NCBI GenBank assembly: GCA_965208615.1
Contig: CBDBPB010000004.1
Span: forward strand, 192,001-256,000
Reading direction: 5' to 3'
Length of the DNA: 64,000 nt
Origin: Spirochaetota bacterium
Lineage (GTDB): Bacteria > Spirochaetota > UBA6919 > CBDBPB01
Part shown: positions 61,590-64,000 of the stretch, in pieces
Position numbering within the stretch: the first letter of the stretch is position 1
Layout: every line of letters starts with the position of its first letter
The notes under the pieces: model-generated
The model's input: only the letters and a program-made list of their open reading frames with translations
The model's database searches: none
Told to the model about the DNA's origin: nothing
Made by a program: the position numbers and the translations under genes

Positions 61590-63545
61590 TTATACTCCCA
61601 TTCGATTAATAATGGTATCAAGCATCCTGTCAATAAAGGTAATAAACCTTGCAGATGCACTATATCCATGTTGATAAGCGACAAGAGCAGACATCTCCTC
61701 GTCAATATTAACCCCAGATATAGATTCACGGGTATTTAAAAGGTTATGCATAATAGCCTCTTCTTTTTTCAGTTCAAGAACAGCATTTTGAGTAGTACTA
61801 GCCAAAGATTGCAAGTTATCATCCAAATATGATTTAAAGCTTTTTGAGTTCTTATCCAGCATAACAGCGTCATGATCAATAGACTTTAATACTCCAAGTT
61901 TATTATGTTCATTCTCACTAACCAAAGCGGCCAATATCCTAAGGGCATTAGTACCATCATTCTCGCCAGTAACCCTATCAGCTATACCATCCCCATCGTT
62001 ATCCTTAGCACCAGCAGCAGCTATATTGTTAACCTCTATTTTAATGGCCTCATCCAGTGCAATCCAGCTGGACGGATGTGAAAAAGGTGATCTTGAATAA
62101 TTTTCCTCAAGACCTTTTAATTTACTAACCTCATTAGTCCTATTCCAGTCAAAGGCACCTTCTACACCACTATTCTCGAGTAGACCTGTAAAACCGGTTA
62201 AGAAGTTTCCACTATCTTCCATATGCCGTATAACAAAGTCCTTGAACTGCGGATCAGATGACTTAGTCGCCTTTAAGGTCAACTGACCCTTATGATTAAG
62301 ATAGGCAACAACATCTGCACCAGAATTATTAATCTTATTGATAACATCACCAACACTATCACTATTATAATAGTTCACCACAATGTCAGAGCCTTTATTA
62401 GTCCCAAGATTAATAATACCGTTAGAGCCGACAATATCATTCTTTTTCAGAGATAGTGTACCACTAACTTTATATATTCCAGTTGAGTCATAGACTCCAT
62501 CGGCGTTTTTATCAAAGTCACCGTTTATACTGGCATTAGTAATATAGTTTTGCTTAAAAAAGTTAGTCTTGGTATTATTATTAAGTCCAAAGCCGTCCCT
62601 ATGTATCTCATTAACGGTTTCAATTAGGTTTATAGCAAAGTTATCCAGTTGGACTATCTGACTCTTAATATCAATATCTCTAATATCCATGAGTCCAGCG
62701 ATTTCACCTTTTTTTATCTGTATATCAGAGCTATCGCTTTCCCACACGATCTTAGCCATACCATCATTATTATAATTATCCTCAACTTTAAGGTTATAAT
62801 ACTTATCCCCCTGAACAATTCTCTCAGCCCCAATGTATACAATAAACTCATCCTCATCGCCTCTAGCAACACGAACATCCATTAAATCAGCCATTTTATC
62901 AACAAGAGCATCCCTTTTATCCATTAGATCATTGGGATTATCGCCAACAGCCTTAGAAGTTCTTATTTCTTTATTTAAATCGGCAATTTGTTTTATAAAA
63001 TTGTTAACCTCTGTCACTTTAGCCCTTATTATATTATCAGCATTATTCCGTAGAGTATGTAGGTTATCATATGAGCTACGTATATCATGAGTTAGTGCAT
63101 TAGCTTTTTCTCTAAGAGCCTCTCTTGAACCGCCTTCTGTTGGATAGTTAGCTACCCTATTCCAGGAGTCAACAAACTTTTGGAATCCATTTTTTAAAGA
63201 AGCTAATGACGGCTCATTATTTAGTGATTCTATCTGTCTAAGAAAGAAGTCTTTTTGCTTCCAATAGCCTAAGGAGCCTTTTTCATCAATAATTCGATTA
63301 TCTATAAAACTATCCCTTACTCTCAATATCTGCTGAACATTAGCACCACTGCCAATCTGTCCAGCAGTCTCATCTCTATTTAGGGATGGATTATATATAG
63401 GTAAAGTTGCCTCAATAGAAACCTTTTGCCTTGAGTAATTAGGATTATTAACATTAGCGAGGTTATGTCCGGTAGTATTAAGAGCAGACTGATGTGCAAC
63501 TATACCCCTTTTACCTAGTTCTATACCGTGAAAAGTTGATATCAT
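61590..63545 (-). CDS. flgK: flagellar hook-associated protein 1
   Basis: ALNTTGHNLAN...YSRQ, NDLMDKRD, SISGVNIDEEM. Confidence 0.95.
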   Translation of the reverse strand: MISTFHGIELGKRGIVAHQSALNTTGHNLANVNNPNYSRQKVSIEATLPIYNPSLNRDETAGQIGSGANVQQILRVRDSFIDNRIIDEKGSLGYWKQKDFFLRQIESLNNEPSLASLKNGFQKFVDSWNRVANYPTEGGSREALREKANALTHDIRSSYDNLHTLRNNADNIIRAKVTEVNNFIKQIADLNKEIRTSKAVGDNPNDLMDKRDALVDKMADLMDVRVARGDEDEFIVYIGAERIVQGDKYYNLKVEDNYNNDGMAKIVWESDSSDIQIKKGEIAGLMDIRDIDIKSQIVQLDNFAINLIETVNEIHRDGFGLNNNTKTNFFKQNYITNASINGDFDKNADGVYDSTGIYKVSGTLSLKKNDIVGSNGIINLGTNKGSDIVVNYYNSDSVGDVINKINNSGADVVAYLNHKGQLTLKATKSSDPQFKDFVIRHMEDSGNFLTGFTGLLENSGVEGAFDWNRTNEVSKLKGLEENYSRSPFSHPSSWIALDEAIKIEVNNIAAAGAKDNDGDGIADRVTGENDGTNALRILAALVSENEHNKLGVLKSIDHDAVMLDKNSKSFKSYLDDNLQSLASTTQNAVLELKKEEAIMHNLLNTRESISGVNIDEEMSALVAYQHGYSASARFITFIDRMLDTIINRMGV

Positions 63546-63577
63546 AATAAAAGCTCCATAATGCAGTTTTTAATAAG

Positions 63578-64000
63578 TTAAATTACAGCGTTCACAATTA
63601 AGGATTTACACCTTTTAGAATCTGACATTTTACTACCATAGTTTGTCTCTAGGTTTTGCTCTTTGGTAAAGAGGTCTATGGAGTATCCAACAATCTTAAT
63701 AAGGTCATTTAGTATAATTTTATTTGTATCAGATAAACTTTTAATATCCACAGTTATTTTTTTTAATATTTGTCTTTTTTCTAATAAGTTACTCTTATCA
63801 TCATGAGACAGGTTATTAGCAAGCTCCCTTAGAGTTATAGACCTATTATTATAGAACTGCCCGAATTGGTTTAATATAATTTCTCTTTTTTGTTCAAAGG
63901 ATGCCTGTTTTATAAGTAGCTTTTCCAGGCATTCATTTTGAGGACTAAGATCAATTAGTTTTTTTGTACTGAGAAGGTTAAATTTATCCTCTTCTATTTT
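63578..64000 (-). CDS. flgN: flagellar export chaperone FlgN (5' end outside the window)
   Basis: Open 141-codon frame from the window edge (KIEEDKFNLL...NKIILNDLI...NYGSK...LIVNAVI*); helical; directly upstream of flgK. Confidence 0.75.
   Translation of the reverse strand, partial: KIEEDKFNLLSTKKLIDLSPQNECLEKLLIKQASFEQKREIILNQFGQFYNNRSITLRELANNLSHDDKSNLLEKRQILKKITVDIKSLSDTNKIILNDLIKIVGYSIDLFTKEQNLETNYGSKMSDSKRCKSLIVNAVI

Noticed and set aside
1787-63090. Short ORF-track entries overlapping recognised genes (e.g. 1787..2053, 3480..3737, 4854..5147, 14463..14753, 32294..32587, 44357..44764, 46486..46788, 58830..59147, 62833..63090)
   Set aside because: Antisense or alternative-frame shadows of well-supported genes, with no motifs or RBS.
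1-64000. tRNA, rRNA, tmRNA, RNase P or SRP RNA, transposases, integrases, prophage and defence genes
   Set aside because: No diagnostic motifs seen by eye; a covariance-model scan would be needed to exclude divergent RNAs.

Overview
AT-rich bacterial chromosomal window, probably from Spirochaetota. This is an inference from the FliM, FapA/DUF342 and FlgK/FlgL architectures and the flgN-flgK-flgL-fliW-csrA order. Most of it is housekeeping: tusA, pepA, fabH, sppA, fliM, sufBCDSU-pdxJ, hisS, thiD, tag, rsmG-parA-parB, class II aldolase, pgi, pssA, tat and flagellar hook-junction genes. It also carries a surface-glycan cassette (22.0-27.2 kb). I found no rRNA, tRNA, CRISPR array, integrase or transposase. 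The best candidate for a new system is a translationally coupled pair at 45471-47551 (-): a 342-aa protein ending in (SSC)5-GGCGS, followed by an RRE-less radical SAM/SPASM enzyme. This looks like a protein-sized RiPP-like substrate plus its maturase. Other notable signals: tatC has no start codon and is reachable from tatA2 by a -1 shift at AAA-AAG-TAA; a glycan gene is inserted between 31-bp direct repeats; galE appears to start at ATT; two small ORFs are missing from the track (a 52-aa mini-ankyrin and a 42-aa secreted amphipathic peptide); there are candidate ncRNAs, an exact 203-bp tandem duplication and a 20x15-bp KPDK(A/T) repeat. Five single-base frameshifts may be assembly errors. All family assignments come from motif recognition, not database searches.
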